Shown here piece by piece: positions 27,105 through 36,592 of a DNA stretch of 64,000 nt. Origin of the DNA: Candidatus Omnitrophota bacterium (GTDB lineage: Bacteria; Omnitrophota; Gorgyraeia; B26-G9); assembly GCA_043826565.1 (NCBI GenBank), contig JBDRPX010000023.1:5758-69757 (forward strand). Direction: 5' to 3'. The number at the start of each line of letters is the position of its first letter. Positions within the stretch are counted from its first letter, which is position 1. The translations under genes and the position numbers were made by a program. The notes under the pieces are model-generated. The model ran no database searches and had not been told where the DNA came from. It saw only the letters and a program-made list of their open reading frames with translations.

Positions 27105-28355
27105 TTAACGCACAAACGAAACAATTAATACCGTAACCACCATAAGGATAAAAAATATCCCCATTAGCGTATACACAAATCTGGCACTTTGTCTTTTTCT
27201 ATCAAATTCATCTTCCGTTATAATCGCCGAAATTGCTCCCAGAAGAGAAAATTCCAATCCTGCACTCGCATCATGGATATCTTTAAAAGAAGTATCGACC
27301 ATCTCAATTAAATAAACACAGGCATATCCAATCGCCACGCCTAAGGCAATACCCAAGAACAGAAACTGGATCTTATCCGGTTTAACAGGTTTCAGCGGAA
27401 GCCGCGGAGGATCAATAACTGTAAAGCGTGTTCCTTCTTTAAAAGCTTCCAACTGCTGAGTGATGCGGGCAGTTTCCAATCGTTGTAAAAGCATTTCATA
27501 AATATTTTGATTCACGGTAACATCCAAAGGTAATCCCTCGTATTTTTCCGAGTCCATCTCAGAGGCCGCTCCCGGGATATTTATTCCGCTTGACGGCCCA
27601 TCAGCTTCTCTTAATTCTTTCAAAAGTAAATAAGATAACAATTTTTGATCGCCGGACGCAGATTTTTTAGGAATAACCACTTCACTATCTTCACCTTTTT
27701 CTAAAGCCTTTTTAAGCCGGTCAATCCGCTCCTCAAGGTTTTTAACGAGGGGGTGATTTTCCGTAGAATCCACAAGCAGTTTACTTAATTCCTCCTGAAG
27801 AATTTTAATATCATGCTCTTTTATCTTACGCCTATACAACTTCAGCTGTTCCTCCAAAAATTTAACCGCTACTTCTGTCTCCTTTGTTTTAGCTCGGACA
27901 TTCTGCTGTATAAATATATCCGTAAGCGTGCTTACGACCTGCTTAACCTGTTCCGGTTTTTCTCCCAGGTATGCGATTTCTACGACATATTGACCTCTCA
28001 AATTTACCGTTATGTTCTTTTGAATGGTTTTAATCAATTCCTCATAACCAAATGCTGATTTTATTTCACTATCAAGTTTCAGCCGCTTAACAAGTTCCGT
28101 AAGGCTATTCCAGCTTAAGATCTGCTCACGAAGCATCCGCAACCTGTCGGAAACAGGCGTAGAAATCGCCAAACCGGTTATCAGAGGATTTATAACTTCC
28201 TCTTCTTCAACCAGAATAAGCGCCCGCGAAGCAAAGGTTTTCGGCAAAACAAAACTCAAGACAACCATTACAAACACTGTAATTATAAAAGGACATAAGA
28301 AAAATGGTTTTCTTCGGTAAAACACCTGTAAATAATCCATAAAATTTACCTGCAT
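27105..28355 (-). CDS. Polysaccharide co-polymerase / chain-length determinant (GumC/Wzc N-terminal type)
   Basis: N-terminal TM then LPK.F.S.ALILV, coiled coils, TENHP.V, F.VIDPPRLP.KPVKP, C-terminal TMs. SD aaggag precedes ATG 28355. Confidence 0.88.
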   Translation of the reverse strand: MQVNFMDYLQVFYRRKPFFLCPFIITVFVMVVLSFVLPKTFASRALILVEEEEVINPLITGLAISTPVSDRLRMLREQILSWNSLTELVKRLKLDSEIKSAFGYEELIKTIQKNITVNLRGQYVVEIAYLGEKPEQVKQVVSTLTDIFIQQNVRAKTKETEVAVKFLEEQLKLYRRKIKEHDIKILQEELSKLLVDSTENHPLVKNLEERIDRLKKALEKGEDSEVVIPKKSASGDQKLLSYLLLKELREADGPSSGINIPGAASEMDSEKYEGLPLDVTVNQNIYEMLLQRLETARITQQLEAFKEGTRFTVIDPPRLPLKPVKPDKIQFLFLGIALGVAIGYACVYLIEMVDTSFKDIHDASAGLEFSLLGAISAIITEDEFDRKRQSARFVYTLMGIFFILMVVTVLIVSFVR

Positions 28356-28429
28356 AAATAGCTCCTTAATTTGCTTCAGCAAATTAACCTCGAACCTTTT
28401 ACGGTGAGAGGTCTTTGCTCTTTAGTTAA

Positions 28430-29278
28430 TTAGTCTCTTCTTGGCTGATCTCTGTATAATACATCCTCTTCGTAAACATTATACGCTGCCGAACTTCTTA
28501 TAAACGGCGAAACAATCTGCTCCATTACCGTGCCGATCTTATATAATGTAGTCGAAGGAACATAAACAATATCTCCAGACCTTAAATCATAGTTTATTTC
28601 TAGCTCACCATTATATATAAGATTAAGCAAGTTAACTTTTTTAACTATCGGCTTACTGCCCTCTACCGGACGGACAATCATCGCCCGGCGTAAAGCAGCA
28701 ATATTTTCCCGCGGTAATCCTGCTTCCAAAAGGGCATCTCTTACCGGCATATATTCTGAGTGCATGCTGTATCGCCCCGGCCGCCCGACTTGACCGATAA
28801 CATAAACAACTTTACTATTGTATCCGATGATCGTAATATCTAATTCCGCATTAGCCACATATTTGGAAATAATGCTGGTCAATTTGCCAACTGCCTCTGT
28901 TTTCGTAAGATCCGCCAATGATATATCCCCCACAAACGGATATTGAATTTTCCCATTCGGGCCAATCGTAAAACGCCCGCTAAACTCTGGGTGACGGCGT
29001 ACATTTACATCAATAATATCATCTTTTCCCAGTGTATATTCCCCGGTATATTCTTCTTTTTTAATGTTATGGCGCCGTGTGTCCACCTTCTTTTCCAGAT
29101 AATCCATTGATTTTTCGCTATTATCTAAACCATCATCAATATTTTGCACAAAAGAAATCTCCTGTGCATAAATATTATTTACCATAACTAATCCGGCGGC
29201 GATCATCCCGGATAAAAAAAACAAAATAATTAATCCAATAAAAAACATTTTAGCCTGTTTTAATTTATCTCTTTTCAT
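28430..29278 (-). CDS. wza: Polysaccharide export protein (Wza family)
   Basis: YTLGKDDII, GKIQYPFVGDI, VYVIGQVGRPG.Y, L.SGDIVYVP; N-terminal signal/TM. Confidence 0.88.
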   Translation of the reverse strand: MKRDKLKQAKMFFIGLIILFFLSGMIAAGLVMVNNIYAQEISFVQNIDDGLDNSEKSMDYLEKKVDTRRHNIKKEEYTGEYTLGKDDIIDVNVRRHPEFSGRFTIGPNGKIQYPFVGDISLADLTKTEAVGKLTSIISKYVANAELDITIIGYNSKVVYVIGQVGRPGRYSMHSEYMPVRDALLEAGLPRENIAALRRAMIVRPVEGSKPIVKKVNLLNLIYNGELEINYDLRSGDIVYVPSTTLYKIGTVMEQIVSPFIRSSAAYNVYEEDVLYRDQPRRD

Positions 29279-29279
29279 T

Positions 29280-29486
29280 TTATTTCCCCCTTATATCAGA
29301 TTCGCAAAATACTGCTTCTTTAAAATTTCTGAGAACTTCCATATCTTCAATAGTATAGAACCGCCAGCTTCTCCAATCTCTCTTGGCTTTTTTAACCTTA
29401 CCTGATTTCTCCCAGCGCATAATTGTTTTAGGAGTGACTCCGATCCGCTGGGCGGCCTCGGTAATACTCATTCTCTCATTCATCAT
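29280..29486 (-). CDS. Small MerR-type HTH DNA-binding protein (BldC/Xis-like, no effector domain)
   Basis: SITEAAQRIGVTPKTIMRWEKSG..R..R.WRFYT; 68 aa; first gene of the EPS operon. Confidence 0.85.
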   Translation of the reverse strand: MMNERMSITEAAQRIGVTPKTIMRWEKSGKVKKAKRDWRSWRFYTIEDMEVLRNFKEAVFCESDIRGK

Positions 29487-29609
29487 ATCATTACCCCTTT
29501 GTATTTCTTTCTTAACGTATTATTTTAACACTTTTTATATAGCATGTCCAAGACTGTCTATTACTAACCAATAAGTAGATAGTTGTTCTGTGAAGGTTAT
29601 AAAGTAGCA

Positions 29610-29637
29610 AGTATACCCTATAAATAGGAATTTGCAA
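29610..29637 (-). promoter_or_regulatory. Putative sigma70 promoter of the EPS operon
   Basis: Minus strand TTGCAA-16 nt-TATACT; the spacer contains the dyad cctat-tt-atagg. Confidence 0.5.
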
Positions 29638-29720
29638 GACTTGGAAGATTTTGCTGGAAATTAATATAAATATTTAACATTAGCTTATTGATTGCAGCAT
29701 GTTAGATGTTCTTATATTTG

Positions 29721-30137
29721 TTATTTTATTGGCCTTGCCCGTTTATCTGTATCAATAAGCTCGATATTCATACCGTGTTTAGCAAAGATAAAAGCAATAT
29801 TCTCATTATCAAACGCTTCTCCCGGCTGCGGGGCAGCCAATACTCTTAGCCCCAGTTCTTTCTCTCTATCTATCTCTTTTTCAAGATCAGCACATTTAAA
29901 ACATAAATGATGCAGGCCTCCGCCTCGCTGCGTAAATATATAAATTGGCGATGTAGAGTCTGTTGGTTCAATCAGCTTTACAGGAAGTGACCCCTCCTTA
30001 GAAAGAAATACAACCTTAACCTTCTGGCGCGTATTCATAACAATCTCTGTCATCTGTTCATATCCAAATACATTTTTCCAGTGTTCAATACCAGTTTCCA
30101 GTGATCTTACCGCAATTCCTATATGGTCAATAATCAT
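29721..30137 (-). CDS. VOC-family protein, methylmalonyl-CoA epimerase-like
   Basis: IDHIGIAV, QKVKVVFL, LIEP, GGLHHLCF, IELI. Confidence 0.85.
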   Translation of the reverse strand: MIIDHIGIAVRSLETGIEHWKNVFGYEQMTEIVMNTRQKVKVVFLSKEGSLPVKLIEPTDSTSPIYIFTQRGGGLHHLCFKCADLEKEIDREKELGLRVLAAPQPGEAFDNENIAFIFAKHGMNIELIDTDKRARPIK

Positions 30138-30178
30138 ATCCGCTATTCCTTTCACAATAATAAACTGAGATTCTGCTA

Positions 30179-30748
30179 TCAATCATATAACTCATTGATA
30201 TTGGCAAGATACTGCTCAGAGATACGTTTCCATTCGATTTTAAACCAAGGAGTATAGGCAAACGGGTTTTCCCGGACATCTCTGTTGAGCTCTTCTATCT
30301 CTACATATTTCCATTCGGCAATTTCCCGGGAATTCGCTTTAACAATTTGCGTAGCCTTACCCAGATAAACAGAACATAGCTCATACTCGGATCCCAGATC
30401 ATTAAATTGCGCTTGGTATTTAAATTTAAATAAAAACTTCAGCGGTAAGGTCAATCCCAGTTCTTCCTGCAATCGTCTCTGCAGAGCTTCCTCGCAGCTT
30501 TCTCCCTCCCGGGGATGACTGCAAACACCATTTGACCAAAATAGCGGCCAAAGAGGCTTCTCCGCGCTTCTCTTCTGCAGTAATACTTGTTTCTGTTCAT
30601 TAAAAATAAATATAGAAAAAGCCCGATGTAAAACCCCTTTGCCGGCATGGCTTTTTATCTTACTCGCATATCCGATAATATTATCTTCGTCGTCAACAAG
30701 AATTAATTTTTCATCCGGAGATGAGACCTTATTGCTATCAAATTCCAT
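30179..30748 (-). CDS. idi: Isopentenyl-diphosphate delta-isomerase, type 1
   Basis: LHRAFSIFIFN, LLQKRS..K, W...CSHP, RRLQEELG, EYELC, YTPWF. Confidence 0.95.
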   Translation of the reverse strand: MEFDSNKVSSPDEKLILVDDEDNIIGYASKIKSHAGKGVLHRAFSIFIFNEQKQVLLQKRSAEKPLWPLFWSNGVCSHPREGESCEEALQRRLQEELGLTLPLKFLFKFKYQAQFNDLGSEYELCSVYLGKATQIVKANSREIAEWKYVEIEELNRDVRENPFAYTPWFKIEWKRISEQYLANINELYD

Positions 30749-30766
30749 TTATATTACTCCTTTTTT

Positions 30767-32635
30767 CTATTTACCGATAAGTTCCCGGGCTACGGCAACA
30801 ATGTTTTCACAATCCAAACCGCAATCTTTGCGCAGCTGGTTTTGATCTCCATGTTCAATAAATCTATCCGGGATCCCGATAAGCCTTATATCCGCCTTGA
30901 TATTTTTGACCTGACACAACTCCAGCACTGAACTGCCAAACCCGCCTTTGAGAGAATTATCTTCAACAATCACCGCTTTTCCCGAATTATGAATAAATTC
31001 GGCAATTTCTTCATCCAGAGGCTTGGCAAATCTCGCATTAATAAGGGTAACCTTAAGCCCTTGCTGTTCTAAAATATCACAAGCTTTTAGGGCTTCGCAA
31101 AAAACTGTGCCGATGGAAACAATTGTAAGATTTTCACCATCTTTGACTAACTCACTTTTACCTATAGTAAGTTGTTGAACCGCTCGATCATTAAGATCAT
31201 CTCCGCATCCCCGAGGATAACGAATCGCTACCGGCTTACCTATCTGTGTGGCTGTAAAGAGCATGTCCCGCAGTTCCGAAGCATCTTTGGGAGCCATAAT
31301 AACCATATTTGGCACATGCCTGAGATAGGAAAGATCGAAACAACCATGATGCGTCGGTCCATCATTACCGACAAGTCCAGCCCGGTCAATAGCAAAAATT
31401 ACCGGAAGATTTTGTAAACAAACATCATGAATAATTGCATCATAAGCACGCTGTAGGAATGAAGAATAAATAGCCACCACCGGTTTTATTCCCTGTTTTG
31501 CCAACCCGGCAGCAAAAACTACCGCGTGCTGCTCCGCGATGCCGACATCAAAAAACCGGTCAGGAAACCGTTCCTTAAAAAGAGACAAGCCTGTTCCTTC
31601 CGGCATAGCCGCAGTTATTCCCACAATCTTCGAATCACTTTCAGCCAGTTCCACCAGTGACTTCGCAAAAATTTCTGTATAGGCAGGCACCCCCTGACAA
31701 TGCAAATGCTCTCCGCTTTCAACGTCAAAAGCATTGATCCCATGAAATTTTATCTTATTTTCCTCCGCATGAGAATACCCTTTACCTTTAACAGTTCTTA
31801 AATGTATCAGCGAAGCACCTTGAACGTCCCGAGCTTTTTTAAAAGCATCAAGCATAGCGTTAATATCATGTCCGTCAACCGAACCAATATAGTTAAACCC
31901 TAATTTTTCAAAAAGCAACCCCGGGGACCCCACTTCTTTTAAATGCCTTTTTAGTTCTAACAATTGGCTTTTTAATCCTTCCCCTTGATCAATAAGTTCA
32001 CCCAATGTCTTTTTTAGATTTTTATATATATCTGTATGCTCTATGCGATGAGCATATTTCGAAAGAGCTCCCACATTTTCAGAAATTGACATCCTGTTGT
32101 CATTAAGGATCACAATAATTTTAGTATTTAAATAACCAGCCTGATTAATTGCTTCTAAAGCATTCCCTCCGGTCATCGCCCCATCCCCGATTACCGCAAT
32201 AACCTCATAATCCTGATGCTGCAGATCCCGCGCTTTAGCCATGCCTAAAGCCGCGGATATTGACGTAGACGCATGCCCCGTACCAAAAGCATCATGCTCA
32301 CTTTCAAAAATTTTAGGAAATCCGCTCAATCCTTTATACTGACGTAAAGTATGGAATCTATCTTTTCTTCCGGTAAGGATCTTATGCGCATAAGCCTGAT
32401 GCCCCACATCCCAGATAATTTTATCCTTAGGGCTACTAAACACATAATGTAAAGCAACCGTCATCTCAACTACCCCCAAAGATGCCCCCAAATGCCCACC
32501 GGTCCGGGAAACAGTATCAATAATAAATTGCCGTATTTCTTCCGCTAATTCCGGTAATTGCTCCGGATTTATTTTCTTAAGTTCATCGGGATTACTAACT
32601 TTTTCCAATCGTTCAAATTTACTTTTTTCTTTCAT
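30767..32635 (-). CDS. dxs: 1-deoxy-D-xylulose-5-phosphate synthase
   Basis: GGHLGASLG, WDVGHQAY.HKILTGR, GHASTSIS, GDGAMTGG, NDN, DVGIAEQHAV, DRAG..G.DG.THHG. Confidence 0.97.
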   Translation of the reverse strand: MKEKSKFERLEKVSNPDELKKINPEQLPELAEEIRQFIIDTVSRTGGHLGASLGVVEMTVALHYVFSSPKDKIIWDVGHQAYAHKILTGRKDRFHTLRQYKGLSGFPKIFESEHDAFGTGHASTSISAALGMAKARDLQHQDYEVIAVIGDGAMTGGNALEAINQAGYLNTKIIVILNDNRMSISENVGALSKYAHRIEHTDIYKNLKKTLGELIDQGEGLKSQLLELKRHLKEVGSPGLLFEKLGFNYIGSVDGHDINAMLDAFKKARDVQGASLIHLRTVKGKGYSHAEENKIKFHGINAFDVESGEHLHCQGVPAYTEIFAKSLVELAESDSKIVGITAAMPEGTGLSLFKERFPDRFFDVGIAEQHAVVFAAGLAKQGIKPVVAIYSSFLQRAYDAIIHDVCLQNLPVIFAIDRAGLVGNDGPTHHGCFDLSYLRHVPNMVIMAPKDASELRDMLFTATQIGKPVAIRYPRGCGDDLNDRAVQQLTIGKSELVKDGENLTIVSIGTVFCEALKACDILEQQGLKVTLINARFAKPLDEEIAEFIHNSGKAVIVEDNSLKGGFGSSVLELCQVKNIKADIRLIGIPDRFIEHGDQNQLRKDCGLDCENIVAVARELIGK

Positions 32636-32680
32636 CTCTATATTCCTTTCGAAAAATACATAAATCAGAATCCTAAGAAT

Positions 32681-32962
32681 TTATTCCTGCTTCTTTTTCC
32701 TTTTAATCAATACCATATTACGAGCATAAATAATAATACCCGCGCCCTGGCCAACGATAAATACCGGATCCTGACGTTTTATGGCATATATGAACAGTAA
32801 GATCCCTCCGCACAAACTAAGCCCCCAAAAAGAATTCGGGATAACACTTTCTTTCCGCCTTTCCGACACAAGCCACTGCACTAAAAAACGCGCCGAAAAC
32901 ATCAACTGCGCTGAAAAACCAAGAACTAACCACCAATCAATAGTCTGAAGTAATTTTTCCAA
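32681..32962 (-). CDS. Lipid-A-disaccharide synthase N-terminal domain (LAB_N) small membrane protein
   Basis: LGFSAQLMFSARFLVQW..SE...SVIP..FW.LS...DPVFI.GQ; probable TTG start at 32962. Confidence 0.88.
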   Translation of the reverse strand: MEKLLQTIDWWLVLGFSAQLMFSARFLVQWLVSERRKESVIPNSFWGLSLCGGILLFIYAIKRQDPVFIVGQGAGIIIYARNMVLIKRKKKQE

Positions 32963-32963
32963 T

Positions 32964-33677
32964 TTATTTCTCCTTTGTTTCCACAGCATTATCCAGCCAA
33001 TTTTTCATCATCCATCTTACGGCAAACATACTTTTAATCCCTATCCACAACCGATTAGAAATCCCATATTTGCTTTTCCCGGCGATGCGGGGATAATGGG
33101 CTACATCAACCTCAATCACCTTAAAACCCTGCATTTTGATCAACACAGGTATAAACCGATGAAAAGTATCATAAAAAGTTAAATTTGCAACACATTCTTT
33201 TTTAAAAACCTTCATCGGAGATCCAATATCATAAAAATCATCTGATAAAAATTTCTGCCTTATTTTGCGGGCAAAGGCGGTGGAAAAACGTTTACTAAAT
33301 ACATCATTACGCTTTCTCCGGCACCCGGTCACACAATCATACCCTTGCACTAATTTGTCCAATAAAACCTGAATATCCCGGGGATGAGATTGCAAATCAG
33401 CATCCATTAGCCCTAAAATTTCATATTTTGCCTGTTTAATACCTGCGGCCAGGGCCGCGGTTTGCCCACCGTGTTTTTTTACTCTAAAAACTCGAAAAGC
33501 ATCTGTTTCCAGTTGCCGAAGCTGTGCATAAGTATCATCTGAGGAAGCATCATCAATATAGATAACTTCATATTTATCCAAATGACGATTATCCGATAAT
33601 GCCGTCGTGATTTCAGAAAACAGACGTTGAACATTTTCTGATTCATTATATAAGGGTATTATTAAAGAGAAATTCAT
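32964..33677 (-). CDS. GT2 polyprenol-phosphate glycosyltransferase (ArnC/Dpm1-like)
   Basis: IPLYNE, IDDASSD, GQTAAL, MDADLQ, HRFIP, HYPR.AGKSKYG. Confidence 0.9.
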   Translation of the reverse strand: MNFSLIIPLYNESENVQRLFSEITTALSDNRHLDKYEVIYIDDASSDDTYAQLRQLETDAFRVFRVKKHGGQTAALAAGIKQAKYEILGLMDADLQSHPRDIQVLLDKLVQGYDCVTGCRRKRNDVFSKRFSTAFARKIRQKFLSDDFYDIGSPMKVFKKECVANLTFYDTFHRFIPVLIKMQGFKVIEVDVAHYPRIAGKSKYGISNRLWIGIKSMFAVRWMMKNWLDNAVETKEK

Positions 33678-33681
33678 CGCA

Positions 33682-35166
33682 TTACTCCTTGGTTTCACTT
33701 ATATTAATTATTCGTATTGTCGGATTACTAAACGCGAAAGATTTATAAGCAGGTGAGATCTCCTCATACGGCAATTTAAATAATTCCCGATATGTTTTAG
33801 CCGCTTCATATACATTCTCATATTGATCCTTTAAGCTGCTACCAAAAATATATCGATCATATACAAAACTGCTCACCACAAGACAATCCACTCCATTTTT
33901 CCGAACTAAAGGAATATCCGCCTCAACAAGAGAAAACATGTCTTTATGGATAGATGCATATTCTTCATACAGAGCATTTTTATTCCTTTCCTTTATCCAT
34001 TTCTCTGCCTGCATTCGGGTATCTTTATTCAGGTTATTAACCAACTGTAATGAGTCATGAAATGGAATGCCCAACGTTAAAAGCAGTAATGGGTAAACTA
34101 AAACGCGCAATCTCGTACGAATTAAATAATTATTAATTACTAATATTATTTTAACAGCAAAAAAGTCCATTACCGGTATTATCGGAATCATATAGCGTAT
34201 AAAGTCTGGAAATGGCTTTAAAGGCACAATTTCATGTAAAAGATATAGATACCCGGCATAAAACAAAAGAACCTTTTCTATCCATTTTATTTGCCGCCAT
34301 CGAAAGATAGAATAAACAATTCCGGAAACCGCCAATACAGCTATAAGCAATGTCATCCCGGGGATTAAGCTGTTAAAAAAATGGAATCCAAAGCACTGGG
34401 AAAGTGCCGATATTTTAATAGCATGTCCCTGCAAAGCATGATTTTTCTCCAATAAAAAACCATGCCTAAATGTTGAGAAGTTAAAAACAATTGGATAATT
34501 CACTAACAAAAACGTAAAGCCGGAAACACAAAAAGCAGATATAATACTTCTATAATAACGCCATTTTTCTTTAACCTCGATAACGATAGGCATTACAAAA
34601 TAAAAAGGTATGAGTAAAAATCCTTTATACTGCGCGGAAATAGCCAGTCCCAGTCCTACGCCAAACAATAAAGCACGCCGCAGATCCCGATAGCGGATAA
34701 ACTCGATAAACAACAACAAGGAAAGCAAAGCAGAACAGGTAAATATTATATCCTCCTTCAGATAATGGGAATGAATTACCATACTCGGAGACATGGCAAC
34801 TGTTAAAGCTGCGAATAAGGCATAGCGTTTGGGTATGCTTTGGCGAAAAATCAAATAGGCAAACAAAACAGCTAAAGCCCCATAAAAAGCCGTAGATGCC
34901 CGTCCTAATTCAACAACAGATTGATCCGGAGTATAACAAAAAAAGACATTCAATAGCCGAACTGACTGCAGCATAAGTATCGGATGACGAAAATCCTGTT
35001 TATGCGTTTTTATAAAATCAACTTTTTTAATCTCATCGGGGTGGTACCCCAAGAGAAAATTATTATTAAACAGATTAAAACACAATGCAAAAACCAGGAT
35101 TAAAAGCAACCCTGCAATTTCTGCTTTTGTAAATTTCACTCTCTTGATTATTATCGACTCCGGCAT
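33682..35166 (-). CDS. GT-C (PMT/ArnT-like) membrane glycosyltransferase
   Basis: HPDE motif after the first TM, SHYLKED, GLAISAQY, RYMIP; polytopic. Confidence 0.8.
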   Translation of the reverse strand: MPESIIIKRVKFTKAEIAGLLLILVFALCFNLFNNNFLLGYHPDEIKKVDFIKTHKQDFRHPILMLQSVRLLNVFFCYTPDQSVVELGRASTAFYGALAVLFAYLIFRQSIPKRYALFAALTVAMSPSMVIHSHYLKEDIIFTCSALLSLLLFIEFIRYRDLRRALLFGVGLGLAISAQYKGFLLIPFYFVMPIVIEVKEKWRYYRSIISAFCVSGFTFLLVNYPIVFNFSTFRHGFLLEKNHALQGHAIKISALSQCFGFHFFNSLIPGMTLLIAVLAVSGIVYSIFRWRQIKWIEKVLLFYAGYLYLLHEIVPLKPFPDFIRYMIPIIPVMDFFAVKIILVINNYLIRTRLRVLVYPLLLLTLGIPFHDSLQLVNNLNKDTRMQAEKWIKERNKNALYEEYASIHKDMFSLVEADIPLVRKNGVDCLVVSSFVYDRYIFGSSLKDQYENVYEAAKTYRELFKLPYEEISPAYKSFAFSNPTIRIINISETKE

Positions 35167-35212
35167 ACCACTCTCTCTTGTTAAATTACTTAATTTTCAA
35201 TTCGCCCGTAAT

Positions 35213-36526
35213 TTAACCCTTAAAAAAACCCTCAATTAAGCTTAACGCTTCCTTAGCTTGCGCATATTGGCTGATTTTATTCTTTAATATTTCAGAATTT
35301 TTTTTATACTTTTCCTCAATAAGTATTTTTTTTACAGCTGCCGACAGATCTGAAGGATCAAGATCATAGTGATTTTGCACTAAAAAAGCATATTTTCCAT
35401 AAGACCATTTGCAATTAATAATTTTAAAGTCTTCCTTGCTTAATTTTAAAACAATAGCGCAGCCAAGCTGTTCTAAACGCCTACCGTTACCTTCTTGTTC
35501 TGAATGAAAAGGGATTATAATCATTGGCTTACCACAAGAAACTGCTTCCATCATTGTTCCATATCCTCCGTGAAAAATCACTAGATCCGCTTGAGGAATT
35601 ATTTCTTGTGCCGGCACCCAATCAAAAAATCTTACATTATCCGGAATGTCGGTCAACTCTGACAAAGTAAATTTACCCGCTGTGGAAACGATCACATTTA
35701 CATCCAGATTGCGCAGTGCTTCAATTACCGTGAGAAAAAAATTCCGGCTGCCAACCAACCCGGCACCTCCGCCGATTGTAATATAAATCAGAGGCTTATT
35801 TCCTTTAACAAAAGAACCCCATCCTTTGTTTTTTTCCTTTTCCCTTTTAAAAATTAATGGCCCAACATATTTCAGATTTTTTTGGTCCATAATTGGCTCG
35901 ATCTCCGGGATGCTGGGAACGATATATAAATCGCCCTTTAGTAATTCTTCGGCTTTGATGATTTGCGGCATATTTAATTTAGTAAGCAGCGGATTAAATA
36001 AAGCAGCAGTATTCGGAGCACTACATTCATAATCCGCAGTTTTCCACCAAATAATACCCTTTGTCTCCGGATGTGAAGCATAGCGTACAACCTGCACCAC
36101 AGGCAAGTCTAATTTTTTGCCAACCAGGCCCGCAAGCATATGAGTATCCGCGATTAAAATATCCGGTTTAATTTTTCTGATAACTGCCTCATATTGCTTT
36201 AAACGATAATTCACAATTCTTAAGCTACCTAGCCCATCACGTAAAACCTGGTAATCAAGACCACTGAACTCAGTAAACAAAGATGTGGCTGGATTATTAA
36301 TCTTTGGTTTTTTTTGTAGAAATTTTTCTTTAATACTTTGAACTAGTGGCTTCTGATCTATCAAAAAAGTCGTAAATTGAGATTTAAGTTTAGGGAAAAA
36401 TTTTTTATCACTTAAAATAAAAACAGGCTCATGGCCTTTATTTCGCGCTTCTTGCGCCAAACAAATACAGCGGCTAATATGCCCGAATCCGCCACCACTA
36501 TCACTAGGAAAAAACACAATCTTCAT
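35213..36526 (-). CDS. GT1/GT28 UDP-glycosyltransferase (small-molecule/lipid acceptor type)
   Basis: GFGHISR N-terminal His, WVPAQEII..ADLVIFHGGYGTMMEA...GKP..IIP...EQ. Confidence 0.88.
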   Translation of the reverse strand: MKIVFFPSDSGGGFGHISRCICLAQEARNKGHEPVFILSDKKFFPKLKSQFTTFLIDQKPLVQSIKEKFLQKKPKINNPATSLFTEFSGLDYQVLRDGLGSLRIVNYRLKQYEAVIRKIKPDILIADTHMLAGLVGKKLDLPVVQVVRYASHPETKGIIWWKTADYECSAPNTAALFNPLLTKLNMPQIIKAEELLKGDLYIVPSIPEIEPIMDQKNLKYVGPLIFKREKEKNKGWGSFVKGNKPLIYITIGGGAGLVGSRNFFLTVIEALRNLDVNVIVSTAGKFTLSELTDIPDNVRFFDWVPAQEIIPQADLVIFHGGYGTMMEAVSCGKPMIIIPFHSEQEGNGRRLEQLGCAIVLKLSKEDFKIINCKWSYGKYAFLVQNHYDLDPSDLSAAVKKILIEEKYKKNSEILKNKISQYAQAKEALSLIEGFFKG

Positions 36527-36592
36527 TTCTGCTTATCCTTTTTATTTTTAAGAAAAATTTTATAGCAACCTATTCCCTTGATTTATCATGCC

